Positions 46,903 to 57,118 of a DNA stretch of 64,000 nucleotides are shown in pieces. Position numbers and translations under genes: made by a program. Below the pieces are notes generated by a model. That model ran no database searches and was not told the DNA's origin. It saw only the letters and a list, made by a program, of their open reading frames with translations. The stretch is from Candidatus Latescibacterota bacterium. GTDB taxonomy: Bacteria; Latescibacterota; UBA2968; UBA8231. Location of the stretch: assembly GCA_965243025.1 (NCBI GenBank), contig CBDETY010000003.1:4608001-4672000 (forward strand). Reading direction: 5' to 3'. Position 1 is the first letter of the stretch. Each line of letters begins with the position of its first letter.

Positions 46903-48882
46903 ATGGCGCTGCATCACTTGTTCACCCCTATCCGGGTCGGCCCGCTGGAGGTGAAGAACCGCGTGGTCCTGGCGCCGCTCGACGTCGGCCTGCACGGCCC
47001 GGACGGCGAGGTGACCGACCGCTACATCGACTTCCTGGTGGACAGGGCCCGGGGAGAGACCGGGCTGCTGATCACCGAGTTCACCTCGGTGTGGCCGGAA
47101 AAGAGGGTGATCACCACCTCCGTCTGGGACGACAGGTTCATACCCGGCCTCTCGCGGATCCCCGAAGCCGTGCACGATGCCGGGGCTCCGGTGTTCATGC
47201 AGATAGCCGCCCTTGGCGGGAAGTCCTACGTCGAGCCGTTCGCACCGTCGGCGGTCGACAGCGAGCTGTACGAGCAGGTGCCGCGGGAGATGACGGTCCC
47301 CGAGATCGAGAACATGGTCGAGTGCTTCGTGCGCGGGGCGGAGCGGGCGCAGAGGGCCGGCTTCGACGGCGTCGAGTACCACTGCGCGCACTCCTACCTC
47401 GGCGGCCAGTTCATCTCCCCCCACACCAACCGGCGCGACGACGAGTACGGCGGCGACTTTCAGCGGCGCATGAGGTTCTCAGCCGAAGTCGTCGCCGGAA
47501 TCCGCCGGGCCTGCGGCGACGATTTCCCCATCGGCTTCAAGTTCAGCGCCCACGAGCACCTGCACGGCGGGGTCAACGACCGCTACGACGTCGGCGAATC
47601 CGACGGCGACCACCTGCGGGTCGCCAAGTACATGGAGGATATCGGGGTCGCCTACCTGCACGTGGCCACCACCTCGTCGACGATCATGAAGGTCAAGGGG
47701 TTCGTCGAGTGCACGCACCCCTCGGTCCCGCCGCTCTACATAAAGCCGAACACCCTCGTCGATCTCGCCGCCGAGGTGAAGGACAGCGGCGTCCGGGTAC
47801 CGGTGATCGCCACCGGCGGCATCACCGATCCTGTCGATGCCGAGGGGATCATCGCCGAAGGCAGGGCGGACATGGTCGCCCTGGGGCGCACTCTCATAGC
47901 CGACGGACACTGGGCGAGAAAGGCGCGGCTCGGCGGGAACATCGCTCCCTGCATCCGCTGCAACTTCTGCCACACCTTCGTCGTCATGGACCGCGGGGGA
48001 ATCCAGTGCACCACCAACCCCGTGGTCGGCCGCGAGAACATCCTCTCCTTCGAGAAGACGGCTCGGGCCAGGAGGGTGGTGGTCGTCGGAGCGGGTCCGG
48101 CCGGCCTCGAGGCAGGCCTGCGCGCCAGGGAGATGGGTCACGACGCCGTCGTTTACGACAGGCGCGATTCTCTCGGAGGCGAGATGATCTCCGCCTCGAT
48201 ACCGGAGTTCAAGTGGGACATCAGGCGTCTGCTGAACTACTACGAAGTCGAGGTGGAAAGGACGGGACTGGAGGTACGTCTCGGCACCGAAGTGACCGTC
48301 GATACCCTGAGGGAAGAGGGGGCCGATGCCGTGGTCCTGGCGACGGGGGGAGAGGCCATCGTTCCGGACGTTCCCGGCATCGACGGCGACTGTGTGGTGA
48401 CGGCGATCGACGCGCTGGTGCGCTGGGACGAGCTCGACATCGGGGAACGGGTCATGGTGCTCGGCGCCGGCCTGGTCGGGTACGAAACGGCCTGGCACGC
48501 CGGTTCCCAGAGGCGGGAGGTCACGATGGTTTCCCGCCGCAGCGAAGACGAAGTCGGCAACCTCGAGGAACACGGCACCAACCTCGCCCTGCTGATCAAG
48601 GGCACGCGGGAGGCCGGGGTACGGGTGCTGGCCGAACGCGAGCTCGTGGCGGTCGATGACGGCGCCGCAGTCCTCAGAGACCCCGATGGCCGCGAGCGGG
48701 CCCACCCCGTCGACACGCTGATCGTCAGCAGAGGCTACCGGCCGCGCCGGGAGCTCGAGCGCGCCATCGGGGAGGCCGGCCTGGGCTGCGGGGTGTTGAT
48801 GGCGGGGGACTGCGTCGAAGTGCGCAACTTCTTCGATGCCATCAACGAGGGAGCGCACGTGGTGAGGACGTCGCTGGCTTAG
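46903..48882 (+). CDS. Old-yellow-enzyme/2,4-dienoyl-CoA reductase-like FMN, [4Fe-4S], FAD oxidoreductase
   Basis: HCAHSYL, NRRDDEYGG, CIRCNFC...C, GAGPAG, GAGLVG. Confidence 0.92.
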   Translation: MALHHLFTPIRVGPLEVKNRVVLAPLDVGLHGPDGEVTDRYIDFLVDRARGETGLLITEFTSVWPEKRVITTSVWDDRFIPGLSRIPEAVHDAGAPVFMQIAALGGKSYVEPFAPSAVDSELYEQVPREMTVPEIENMVECFVRGAERAQRAGFDGVEYHCAHSYLGGQFISPHTNRRDDEYGGDFQRRMRFSAEVVAGIRRACGDDFPIGFKFSAHEHLHGGVNDRYDVGESDGDHLRVAKYMEDIGVAYLHVATTSSTIMKVKGFVECTHPSVPPLYIKPNTLVDLAAEVKDSGVRVPVIATGGITDPVDAEGIIAEGRADMVALGRTLIADGHWARKARLGGNIAPCIRCNFCHTFVVMDRGGIQCTTNPVVGRENILSFEKTARARRVVVVGAGPAGLEAGLRAREMGHDAVVYDRRDSLGGEMISASIPEFKWDIRRLLNYYEVEVERTGLEVRLGTEVTVDTLREEGADAVVLATGGEAIVPDVPGIDGDCVVTAIDALVRWDELDIGERVMVLGAGLVGYETAWHAGSQRREVTMVSRRSEDEVGNLEEHGTNLALLIKGTREAGVRVLAERELVAVDDGAAVLRDPDGRERAHPVDTLIVSRGYRPRRELERAIGEAGLGCGVLMAGDCVEVRNFFDAINEGAHVVRTSLA

Positions 48883-48988
48883 TGTCCCCTTCCGGCGCGG
48901 GCGCGCCAGGATCGCCGGGGCAGATCGTTGTCCTCACCCGTCTCGATGCGCCGCTGCACTGGATATTCAGCGCCCGAGGAGAAACGAG

Positions 48989-50008
48989 ATGGCCCGAATT
49001 CTGCGCCAGGCCACCGTCGTGCGCGACGGGAATCACAACGGCTTCACCGACCTTCAGTACTGGCAGGGCTGCTACTGGGTGGCCTACCGCAAGGGCGCCG
49101 GGCACGTATCCATGGACGGCGCCGCGGCTCTTTCCGTGTCCGACGACCGCACCCGGTTTCGCGAAGTCGCCCACCTTCACATGCCGGGCGACAACCGCGA
49201 CCCCAAGCTTCTTCCCGTTAGCGAAGAGCGGATGGCCCTCTACTTCCCGAGCTGGATAAACGGCTACGAGGCCAGGGAACTGCAGCAATACATCACCTTT
49301 TCGGGCAACGGGTACGACTGGGAGAAACCGGCCCCCGTCCTGTCCCCCGGGAACTGGCTCTGGCGCGTCCGCCGGCACGAGGACCGCTACTACGGACTGA
49401 TCCAGAACCTCACCGGGGAGTGGGACGGCGAGGAGATGCCGCACCAGCTCGACCTGGCGGTCAGCGGCGATCTGCTCGAGTGGGAGGTCATCGCCCGGGT
49501 CGGCGAGCAGCACGGGCTCAACGAGAGCGACATCTGCTGGCGGGACGACGGCGAAGCCTGGATCGTCGCCAGAAGCGCGGTCGACAACTTCGCCAGCTGC
49601 TTCTGCTCGGCGCAGCGGCCCTGGATCGACTGGCAGTGTACCATGCTGGCGCCGATGGTGCACGCCCCGGTCTTCCTGCCCTGGCAGGGAGAGCTCTACG
49701 TCGCCGGCCGCAACATGCCCTCTGTCGAGGGGGACGCCGCGTTTCCGTTCAAATCCGCCAGTCTCGGCTTGTGGCGGGTCCGACGCCGGCAGCTCGAACC
49801 GGTGCTGCGCATTCCGGCTGCCGGCGATTGCTCCTATCCCGGTCTGATCGCAGACCCGGAGGGGCGCATCTGCATGAGCTACTACTCTCAGCACGCCTAC
49901 CACATGGGCGTGTTGCCGCAGCCGTCGCGGTTCCAGTCGCATCCTGACAACACGGCCTCCCTGCTCGAAGCGGATGACGTGTATTTCGCCGAACTCGAAC
50001 TGCCGTGA
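48989..50008 (+). CDS. Hypothetical beta-propeller (sialidase/BNR-like) protein
   Basis: HNGFTDL, DNRDPKL, WLWR, NESDI, GDCSYPG, SYYSQH. Confidence 0.65.
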   Translation: MARILRQATVVRDGNHNGFTDLQYWQGCYWVAYRKGAGHVSMDGAAALSVSDDRTRFREVAHLHMPGDNRDPKLLPVSEERMALYFPSWINGYEARELQQYITFSGNGYDWEKPAPVLSPGNWLWRVRRHEDRYYGLIQNLTGEWDGEEMPHQLDLAVSGDLLEWEVIARVGEQHGLNESDICWRDDGEAWIVARSAVDNFASCFCSAQRPWIDWQCTMLAPMVHAPVFLPWQGELYVAGRNMPSVEGDAAFPFKSASLGLWRVRRRQLEPVLRIPAAGDCSYPGLIADPEGRICMSYYSQHAYHMGVLPQPSRFQSHPDNTASLLEADDVYFAELELP

Positions 50009-50117
50009 GCCGTGCACTCACTTGCGTCCTCCGCGAAAGGACTACACGTGAAGCCTGAGGGCGCGCCGGCGACCGGCCGCGCTGCCCCTGATCCCCGATT
50101 TTGAAAGGAGGTGACGA

Positions 50118-51092
50118 ATCGATACCGCGGTCAGATCAGTCCACTTTCAGGAAGCGGACCCCGGGCTCCGGTGGGTCAAGGACCCCGCCATCGCCGTCGA
50201 TTCCGACGGCCCCCTGGATTCGGTCCGGACCCTGACGCCGAACGTGGTCAGGATGGACAACGGCTACCGGATGTACTACCACGGCTTCGGACCGCAGCGT
50301 CCCAACCCCGAATCGAAGGGGTACATCCTCAGTGCATTCTCCCCGGACGCCGAAAAATGGGAGAAGGAACCCGGGGTAAGGATGGATGCGGGAGGGGAGG
50401 GAGCGGAGCACTACATCTGGAGCCCCGACGTCATTCCCCTCGAGGACGGCCGCTACCGGATGTATTACGAGGGCAAGACCGAGGGGGCCGGCGGCGGTGA
50501 AGTCACCAGCGCCGTCGTCAGCGCCCTGTCGCCAGACGGCCTCGTCTGGGAAAAGGAACCCGGCGTCCGGCTGGGGGCTGAAAACGGCTCGTACGGCGCC
50601 CCGCGGTGCCTGCACCTCGACCCGGGACCTGGCGGGGACGGCCCCCGGTTTCGCCTCTACGCCAGCGATTTCCGCGATCACCAGATCGTCAGCGCCGTGT
50701 CCGGCGATGGGCTGCATTTCGACATGGAGACCGGCGTTCGCATAGCCCGGGAAAAGGAGCTGGAGGCATACGAGGTCTACGCCCCCGAAGTCCTGCGCCT
50801 GGGGGCGGGCGGGTGCCGGATGTATTATGCCGGCTGGGTGTCGGCTCCCGAAGTTCCGGCCGGATCGAAGTTCCACGGCAGAATATTCAGCGCCTTCTCC
50901 GACGACGGGCTGCACTGGCGCAAAGACCCCGGTATCTGCCTCGACAACGGCGGCCGGTGGGACGCCGCCAAGGCATCCGAGCCGTGCGTGATCGACCTTG
51001 CCGACGGCCGCTTCCGCATGTTCTATGAAGCCTGCGATCTCGAGGGTCGCTGGCGCATTGCCAGCGCCACCTCGGCTGTCTCCGCCCCCTGA
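50118..51092 (+). CDS. Five-bladed propeller glycosidase-like protein (GH32/43/130-like); start probably ATC 50118, first canonical GTG 50244
   Basis: Repeats of P.V....YRMYY...I.SA.S.DG..W.K.PG; the repeat pattern continues upstream of 50244. Confidence 0.75.
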   Translation: MDTAVRSVHFQEADPGLRWVKDPAIAVDSDGPLDSVRTLTPNVVRMDNGYRMYYHGFGPQRPNPESKGYILSAFSPDAEKWEKEPGVRMDAGGEGAEHYIWSPDVIPLEDGRYRMYYEGKTEGAGGGEVTSAVVSALSPDGLVWEKEPGVRLGAENGSYGAPRCLHLDPGPGGDGPRFRLYASDFRDHQIVSAVSGDGLHFDMETGVRIAREKELEAYEVYAPEVLRLGAGGCRMYYAGWVSAPEVPAGSKFHGRIFSAFSDDGLHWRKDPGICLDNGGRWDAAKASEPCVIDLADGRFRMFYEACDLEGRWRIASATSAVSAP

Positions 51093-51154
51093 CTGCCCGC
51101 AAGGCGAAAGCTGCCGCGCCCCGATGCTCCGCCCCCCTGACCGCGAGGACGAGT

Positions 51155-52414
51155 ATGAGACCAGCGCTGGCCATCCTGTGCGCCGTGGGCCTTAGCGGCA
51201 TGCCGTCGTCGGCCGAATCACCCCCGCCGGTGGAAAGAGTCGAGACCCGCGACGGCAAGGTGTACGTCAACGGGAAGCCGTTCTTCCTGGTGGGCACGAG
51301 CCACGTCGCCCACTCCCACTATTCGCTCCCCGAGGCCGCGGAGATGGGCTTCAACGCCGTCGTCACCCACGGGCACAGGGAAGACCCGCAGTCGTTCCGC
51401 ATCGACATCGACGACGCCTGGGCCAACGGGCTCTACTCGCTGGCGTCGCTCAGCAACGGCATCTGGAAGGATCTCGAGACGACCGAGCAGATCGTCCTCG
51501 CCTGCCGCGACGCCCCCGGTCTGCTGGTCTGGGAGCTGGAGGACGAACCCAACATCCGCACTTCCGGACCGGAGGGAACGCCCCACGTCGACCTCCCCTA
51601 CAAGATGCCCCCGGAAGAGTTCAAGCCGGTGTACGACCTGATCAAACGGCTCGATCCCGACCACCCCGTGTGGCTCAACCTCGCCTACGGGTACGAAAAG
51701 GACCACCGGGAATACCGGGACGTCGCAGACATCCACTCCGACGACGTCTACCCGGTTCCCGACTATCCCCTGACCCACGTCGCGCGGAACTCCGATGCGG
51801 TCGTCAAGGGCGCCGCGGGAAAGCCGGGATGGATGTACATACAGATGTCGATGCAGAGCGCCGACCAGGAGCGCGCTCCGAACATGGACGAGGTCCGCTG
51901 CATGACCTACCTGTCCATCGCGCACGGCATCGTCGGCGTCATCCATTTCGCCTATCACGCCCTCGACTGGTGGCCGCGGGAGTCGGAGCCGGCCTACTAT
52001 GCGCAGTTTCTCGACCTGACGGCCGAACTGCGCGGCCTGGCGCCCTATCTCGTAGCCCCGGAAGAGCCCGTTGCAATTGAAGCGGAGATCGTCGAAGGGT
52101 CCGCCGAACCCTCCAACTTCGGTTACACGGCGCTGCACCTGTCGCTGCGCAAGGCCGCGCGCGGCTACCTGCTGATCGCCGTCAACGGGTTCGACTCGCC
52201 GGTCAAAGCCCGCATCAGGGTCCCCGTGGAAGGGATCGCGCCGCGGGCGGCGGTCCGTTCCGAGTACCGGCTCGTCGACGTCGCCGACGGAGTCATCGAG
52301 GACTCCTTCGCGCCGTACGCCGTGCATCTGTATGATTTGCCGTTCAGCGCCCCGGACGATTTCGAACGCAGGAAGGTGAGCTGGCCGCGGTGGCAGCGGC
52401 GGCCCCGACAGTGA
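51155..52414 (+). CDS. Secreted putative glycoside hydrolase (TIM barrel, clan GH-A-like)
   Basis: Signal peptide; VNGKPFF, MGFN, WELEDEP, DVYP. Confidence 0.65.
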   Translation: MRPALAILCAVGLSGMPSSAESPPPVERVETRDGKVYVNGKPFFLVGTSHVAHSHYSLPEAAEMGFNAVVTHGHREDPQSFRIDIDDAWANGLYSLASLSNGIWKDLETTEQIVLACRDAPGLLVWELEDEPNIRTSGPEGTPHVDLPYKMPPEEFKPVYDLIKRLDPDHPVWLNLAYGYEKDHREYRDVADIHSDDVYPVPDYPLTHVARNSDAVVKGAAGKPGWMYIQMSMQSADQERAPNMDEVRCMTYLSIAHGIVGVIHFAYHALDWWPRESEPAYYAQFLDLTAELRGLAPYLVAPEEPVAIEAEIVEGSAEPSNFGYTALHLSLRKAARGYLLIAVNGFDSPVKARIRVPVEGIAPRAAVRSEYRLVDVADGVIEDSFAPYAVHLYDLPFSAPDDFERRKVSWPRWQRRPRQ

Positions 52415-52437
52415 ACAGCGAACATGGAGGAACAGTG

Positions 52438-53358
52438 ATGTCGTCTCGCCAGGTGTACCTTTCCGGAGCGTTGGTTCCGGAAGAGGACGCGAAGATCTCG
52501 ATTTTCGATACCGCGGTGACTCTGGGCGACACCGTTACCGAATCGACCCGCACCTTCGCCCACCGGCCCTTCAAGCTCGACCGCCACATCGAACGCCTGT
52601 ACAAGTCGCTGAAAGTGACGCGGATCGATCCCGGGTGCGGACCGGAGGAGATGCGGCGGATCACCCTGGACCTGCTGGAGACCAACCTGCCGCTGATCGG
52701 CCCCGAAGAGGACTACTGGATCGTGCACAACATCTCGCGCGGGCTCTACGTCCCCGGGCCCGACCCCACGGTGCAGCGGAGCACTGCGACGGTGATGATC
52801 CACAACGCCCCGATGGACCTGCGCGGCTGGGCGGCGTTCTACCGGGCCGGCTGCCACGCGGTAACCGCCATGAGCCGGATCCCCCCCTCGCAGGCGATCG
52901 ACGCGCGCGTCAAGAACCGCAGCCGCATGTCCTACACACTGGCGGAAATGGAGGTGAAGCTGGTCGACAGGGATGCCCAGGGCGTCATTCTCGACATCCA
53001 CGGGAACGTGGGTGAAAACAAGGGCGGGAACATCTTCGCCGTGAGCGAAGGGGAACTGCTCACGCCGACGACGGACAACTGCTTGGCGGGAATCAGCCGG
53101 GAGACGGTTCTCGAGCTCGCCGACGAGCTGAAGATTCCGGCGCGGGAGACGGCGCTGCAGCCGTACGACCTGTACACCGCCGACGAGCTCTTTTTCACGA
53201 GCACCCCCTACTGCATCATGCCGGCCACCCGGTTCAACGGCGTGCCGGTGGGAGACGGCGAAGTCGGAGCGGTGACCAGGCGGCTGCTGGATGCGTGGAG
53301 CGAGCTGGCGGGGGTCGACATAGTGAAGCAGGCGGAGAAACAGATGGGGGGCGGCTGA
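52438..53358 (+). CDS. Class IV PLP aminotransferase (BCAT/D-amino acid type)
   Basis: HIERL, VKNRSR, ENKGGNIF, LAGISR, ADELFFTST; GGAGG SD. Confidence 0.92.
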   Translation: MSSRQVYLSGALVPEEDAKISIFDTAVTLGDTVTESTRTFAHRPFKLDRHIERLYKSLKVTRIDPGCGPEEMRRITLDLLETNLPLIGPEEDYWIVHNISRGLYVPGPDPTVQRSTATVMIHNAPMDLRGWAAFYRAGCHAVTAMSRIPPSQAIDARVKNRSRMSYTLAEMEVKLVDRDAQGVILDIHGNVGENKGGNIFAVSEGELLTPTTDNCLAGISRETVLELADELKIPARETALQPYDLYTADELFFTSTPYCIMPATRFNGVPVGDGEVGAVTRRLLDAWSELAGVDIVKQAEKQMGGG

Positions 53359-53447
53359 GTCAGCGTCCCGGGCCGACAGGGCACCGCTCCCAGGACAAAG
53401 GACCCGTCACCGGCTGCTGCCACGAACGAATACACTGCCGAATACGA

Positions 53448-54821
53448 ATGAAAATCGATCGCACTCACAAGCCTTTCACCCTGGCGCCGGCAATCGACCG
53501 GCTCCTGAACCTGTCGGCGCACAAAATCCGCCGGATCAACGGTTCCTGGAGCCCCGACCGGGGCGCCCCCGTCTTCACGCGGGCGGGCCGCTACACCACC
53601 CGCGGCTGGACGGAGTGGACCCAGGGGTTCCAGTACGGATGCGCCATCCTCCAGTACGACATGACCGGCGAGGAGGAGTTCCTCGACATCGGCCGCGGCG
53701 CCACCCTTGCCAGGATGGCCCCCCACGTCTCCCACGTCGGCGTCCACGACCACGGCTTCAACAACCTGTCGACCTACGGCAACCTGCGGCGCCTGATGCT
53801 CGAGGGCCGCCTGCCGATGGACCGCAGCGAGCTGGCGCTCTACGAGCTGGCCGTCAAGCTGTCGGGGGCGGTGCAGGCGGCGCGCTGGACCCCGGCCGCG
53901 GGAGGCGGGGGGTTCATCCACTCCTTCAACGGGCCGCACTCGCTGTTCTCCGACACCCTGCGGTCGCTGCGCATCCTCTGTCTCGCCGACCGCCTCGGCC
54001 ACGTGCTGATGGGAGAAGGGGACGAGGCGATCGACCTTCTCGGACGGGCCGTGGCGCACGCGCTGACCACCTTCGAGTTCAACGTCTACTACGGCGAGGG
54101 GCGCGACGCCTTCGACGTCGACGGCCGCGTCGCCCACGAGTCGATCTTCAACACCAACGACGGCAACTACCGCTGCCCGAGCACGCAGCAGGGATACTCC
54201 CCGTTTTCGACCTGGACCCGCGGCCTCGCGTGGATCCTGTGCGGCAGCGCCGAGCTCCTCGAGTACTTCGAGACGCTGCCGGCCTCCGCCCTCCAGCCGT
54301 TCGGCGGCAAGCGCAGGCTCGTGGCGGCGACGGAACGGGCGGCCCTGTCCACGGCGGAGTTCCACATCCGCAACAGCTTCGCCGACGGCGTTCCGTTCTG
54401 GGACACCGGCGCCCCGGGGGTGGCCGGGTTCGGCGACATCGCCGGACAGCCCTCGGACCCCCACAACGACGTCGAGCCGCTCGACAGCTCCGCTGCGGCC
54501 ATCTGCGGACAGGGGTACCTGCGCCTCGGGAACTACTTCCTGTCGAAGGGAGACCGCAGGCGCGGAAACCGCTACCGCGCCGCCGCTTTCACCATCGCCG
54601 CCGCCCTGCTGGCGGAACCGTATCTGTCGGCCAGGCGCTCCCACGAGGGGCTGATCCTGCATTCGATCTACCACCGCCCCAACGGCTGGGACCACGTTCC
54701 GCGCGGCCGCCGCATCCCCTGCGGCGAATCGTCGATGTGGGGCGACTACCACGCCCTCGAGCTGATGCTGCTGATCAAGCGCGAGGCCGAGGGCGGTCCC
54801 TATCCCGTTTTTTACAGTTGA
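53448..54821 (+). CDS. GH88-like unsaturated glucuronyl hydrolase
   Basis: WTEWTQGF, HDHGF, WTRGLAW, PFWD, DSSAAAI, WGDY. Confidence 0.85.
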   Translation: MKIDRTHKPFTLAPAIDRLLNLSAHKIRRINGSWSPDRGAPVFTRAGRYTTRGWTEWTQGFQYGCAILQYDMTGEEEFLDIGRGATLARMAPHVSHVGVHDHGFNNLSTYGNLRRLMLEGRLPMDRSELALYELAVKLSGAVQAARWTPAAGGGGFIHSFNGPHSLFSDTLRSLRILCLADRLGHVLMGEGDEAIDLLGRAVAHALTTFEFNVYYGEGRDAFDVDGRVAHESIFNTNDGNYRCPSTQQGYSPFSTWTRGLAWILCGSAELLEYFETLPASALQPFGGKRRLVAATERAALSTAEFHIRNSFADGVPFWDTGAPGVAGFGDIAGQPSDPHNDVEPLDSSAAAICGQGYLRLGNYFLSKGDRRRGNRYRAAAFTIAAALLAEPYLSARRSHEGLILHSIYHRPNGWDHVPRGRRIPCGESSMWGDYHALELMLLIKREAEGGPYPVFYS

Positions 54822-54835
54822 ATGGAGCTGCGAGC

Positions 54836-55978
54836 GTGAAAATCACCGCCATCAGGACGTTCATCGCCCGCTTCGGCAACCGCCCGCGGGCCCTGCTCAA
54901 GGTCGAGACCGACGAGGGCCTGCACGGCTGGGGGGAGGCGTACTCGACCGGCCCCGACCTCTCGGTCGAGCCGGTGGCCGACTACCTGTTCGAGATGATC
55001 AAGGGAGAGGACCCGCGGCGCATCGAGTACATCATGATGAAGCTGCACCAGCAGTTCCGCTTTCCCCCCGGCGGCGTCGGCTACCCGGCGATCTCCGCCC
55101 TCGACCACGCCCTGTGGGACATCAGCGGCAAGGCCGCCGGACTGCCGGTCTACATGCTCCTCGGCGGCGCCGTGCGCGACCGCGTGCGGGTCTACCACGG
55201 CATCGGCGGGGCCAGCGGGAAAGATGCCGCCGAGCAGGCGCTCCGGCATCACGAGGAGGGGGGCTTCACCGCCTTCAAGCTCAGCCCCTACCGCCTCGAC
55301 CCGGACGCCGACCGCTGGGGCCGCGTCTGCTCGGAGGCGGCGAAGTTCTTCGAGGAGCTGCGCCTCAACTCGCCGGACGGCTTCGAGTTCGCCTTCGATC
55401 CGCACGCCAAGATCTTCGAGCCGGCCCGCGCCCTGCAGCTCGCCGACGCCCTGGCCCCGTACGACCCGTTCTTCTACGAGGAGCCGCTGCGGCCGGAGCA
55501 CATCCCCCAGTGGGCGCGCCTGCGCGCCCAGATGCGGGTGCCGCTGGCGACCGGGGAATCGCTCTACGGGCGCTTCGAGTTCCTCGACCTGCTCGCCGCC
55601 CAGGGAGCCGACATCATCCAGCCCGACGTCTGCATCTGCGGCGGGCTGCTCGAAATGCGCAAGATCGCCGCCATCGCCGAGGCCCACTACGTCAGCGTCG
55701 CGCCGCACAACCCGATGGGGCCGCTGGCGACCGCCGTCAACCTCCACTTCGCCGCGGCCTCGGCCAACTTCAAGATCCTCGAGTACATAGATCCGCGCGG
55801 TTCCGAGTGGAACGACTGGGTCGACGAGCCCTACCTGGCGAAGGACGGCTACCTCGAGCTGCGCGACCGCCCCGGGCTCGGCGTCGAGGTCGACGAGGAG
55901 GCGGTCTCGGGGGACCAGTACATCCACTGGCAGCGGACCTGCCCGGTGCGCCCCGACGGCTCGACCGGGTACATCTGA
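54836..55978 (+). CDS. Galactonate dehydratase-like enolase-superfamily acid-sugar dehydratase
   Basis: GWGEA, WDISGK, DPHAK, EEP, TGE, QPD, APHNPMGP. Confidence 0.88.
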   Translation: MKITAIRTFIARFGNRPRALLKVETDEGLHGWGEAYSTGPDLSVEPVADYLFEMIKGEDPRRIEYIMMKLHQQFRFPPGGVGYPAISALDHALWDISGKAAGLPVYMLLGGAVRDRVRVYHGIGGASGKDAAEQALRHHEEGGFTAFKLSPYRLDPDADRWGRVCSEAAKFFEELRLNSPDGFEFAFDPHAKIFEPARALQLADALAPYDPFFYEEPLRPEHIPQWARLRAQMRVPLATGESLYGRFEFLDLLAAQGADIIQPDVCICGGLLEMRKIAAIAEAHYVSVAPHNPMGPLATAVNLHFAAASANFKILEYIDPRGSEWNDWVDEPYLAKDGYLELRDRPGLGVEVDEEAVSGDQYIHWQRTCPVRPDGSTGYI

Positions 55979-56103
55979 GGAAACCCTGAGTCAGTGGTTC
56001 GAGCCCGGCACACCGGTGCCCGGGCTATCGACGGCCGGAATGGGTGAAGCCCTCATGAACGAGACCGCTTATTGCAGAGAACAGGGAGTGGAAGGAGCTC
56101 GCG

Positions 56104-56643
56104 ATGCTTGAAGCTTCCGACACCGCGCTGGCCCTCATCGACGTCCAGGGCAAGCTCGCCAGCCTCATGCACGAGAAGGAGAAGCTCTACCGCAACCTGC
56201 GCATCCTCGTGCAGGGGGCCGTCGCCCTCGAGCTTCCGATCCTCTGGCTCGAGCAGTACCCCGAGGGGCTGGGGCCGACCATTCCCGAGGTCGCCGAGCT
56301 GCTCGAGGGGCGGCAGCCGCTGGCCAAGACCTGCTTCAGCGCCTGCGGGCAGCCGGAGTTCGCGCGCCGGCTCGAGGAGAGCGGCAGGAAGCAGGTCCTG
56401 CTCGCCGGCATCGAGACCCACATCTGCGTCTACCAGACCGCCCGCGACCTGCGCGGGAGCGGCTACGAGGTCGAGGTCGTCGAGGATGCGGTGTCGTCGC
56501 GAACCCCGGCCAACAAGCAGGTAGGGCTGGAGAAGATGAGGGCCGCCGGGGCCGGCGTCACCTCGGTGGAAACCGCCCTGTTCGAGCTGCTGCGCGAGGC
56601 CGGGACGCCTGAGTTCAGGGAGATCGCCCGGCTGGTGAAGTAG
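56104..56643 (+). CDS. Isochorismatase-family cysteine hydrolase
   Basis: IDVQ, EQYPEGLG, KTCFS, GIETHICV. Confidence 0.92.
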   Translation: MLEASDTALALIDVQGKLASLMHEKEKLYRNLRILVQGAVALELPILWLEQYPEGLGPTIPEVAELLEGRQPLAKTCFSACGQPEFARRLEESGRKQVLLAGIETHICVYQTARDLRGSGYEVEVVEDAVSSRTPANKQVGLEKMRAAGAGVTSVETALFELLREAGTPEFREIARLVK

Positions 56644-56695
56644 CCCGGATACTCTCCGGCTCCCGCCATCGTGGGGGCGACATCCGCGGTGGGCC

Positions 56696-57118
56696 CTACT
56701 CCGGAACCAATACCTGGACATCGGAAAACTTCCCGAAGCCCTGGTCGAAGGTTACGAGCCTCAGACCGGCAACGGCGGCGAAGGCCGCCAGGTAGGCGTC
56801 GCTCCAGACCCGATGGGAGTAGGGGTACGGTTCGGTACAGCGGCGCCACACCGCCTCGAGACCCGGGGGTTCGGGGGCGAAACAGACCCGTTCGTCCGAC
56901 AGAAGCTGGTCGAACATCGACCATGCCTGAGGAACGGAAGCCGCTTCCGTTCTGAAAACGGCGGGATTGGTGGCCAGCCGCAGGAACCCGGACTGGGACT
57001 GCCGGCTGAAGGCGCAGGTGTCGGGTGTCGTCTGGTCGAACCAACGCAACGCCCGCGCGTGGTGGATGTGGGCTTCGAAAGCGAGGGCGAGCCAGAGATT
57101 AACGTCCGGTAAGTACAC
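56696..57118 (-). CDS. vapC: VapC-family PIN-domain toxin
   Basis: LPDVNLWLAL, DAYLAAFA, LVTFD.GF. Confidence 0.9.
   Translation of the reverse strand: MYLPDVNLWLALAFEAHIHHARALRWFDQTTPDTCAFSRQSQSGFLRLATNPAVFRTEAASVPQAWSMFDQLLSDERVCFAPEPPGLEAVWRRCTEPYPYSHRVWSDAYLAAFAAVAGLRLVTFDQGFGKFSDVQVLVPE

Noticed and set aside
55985-56030. GGTTCGAGCCC resembling a tRNA T-loop or att site
   Set aside because: T-stem pairs poorly and there is no D-arm, anticodon arm or CCA. Better read as a simple hairpin (agcccggcac/gtgcccgggct).
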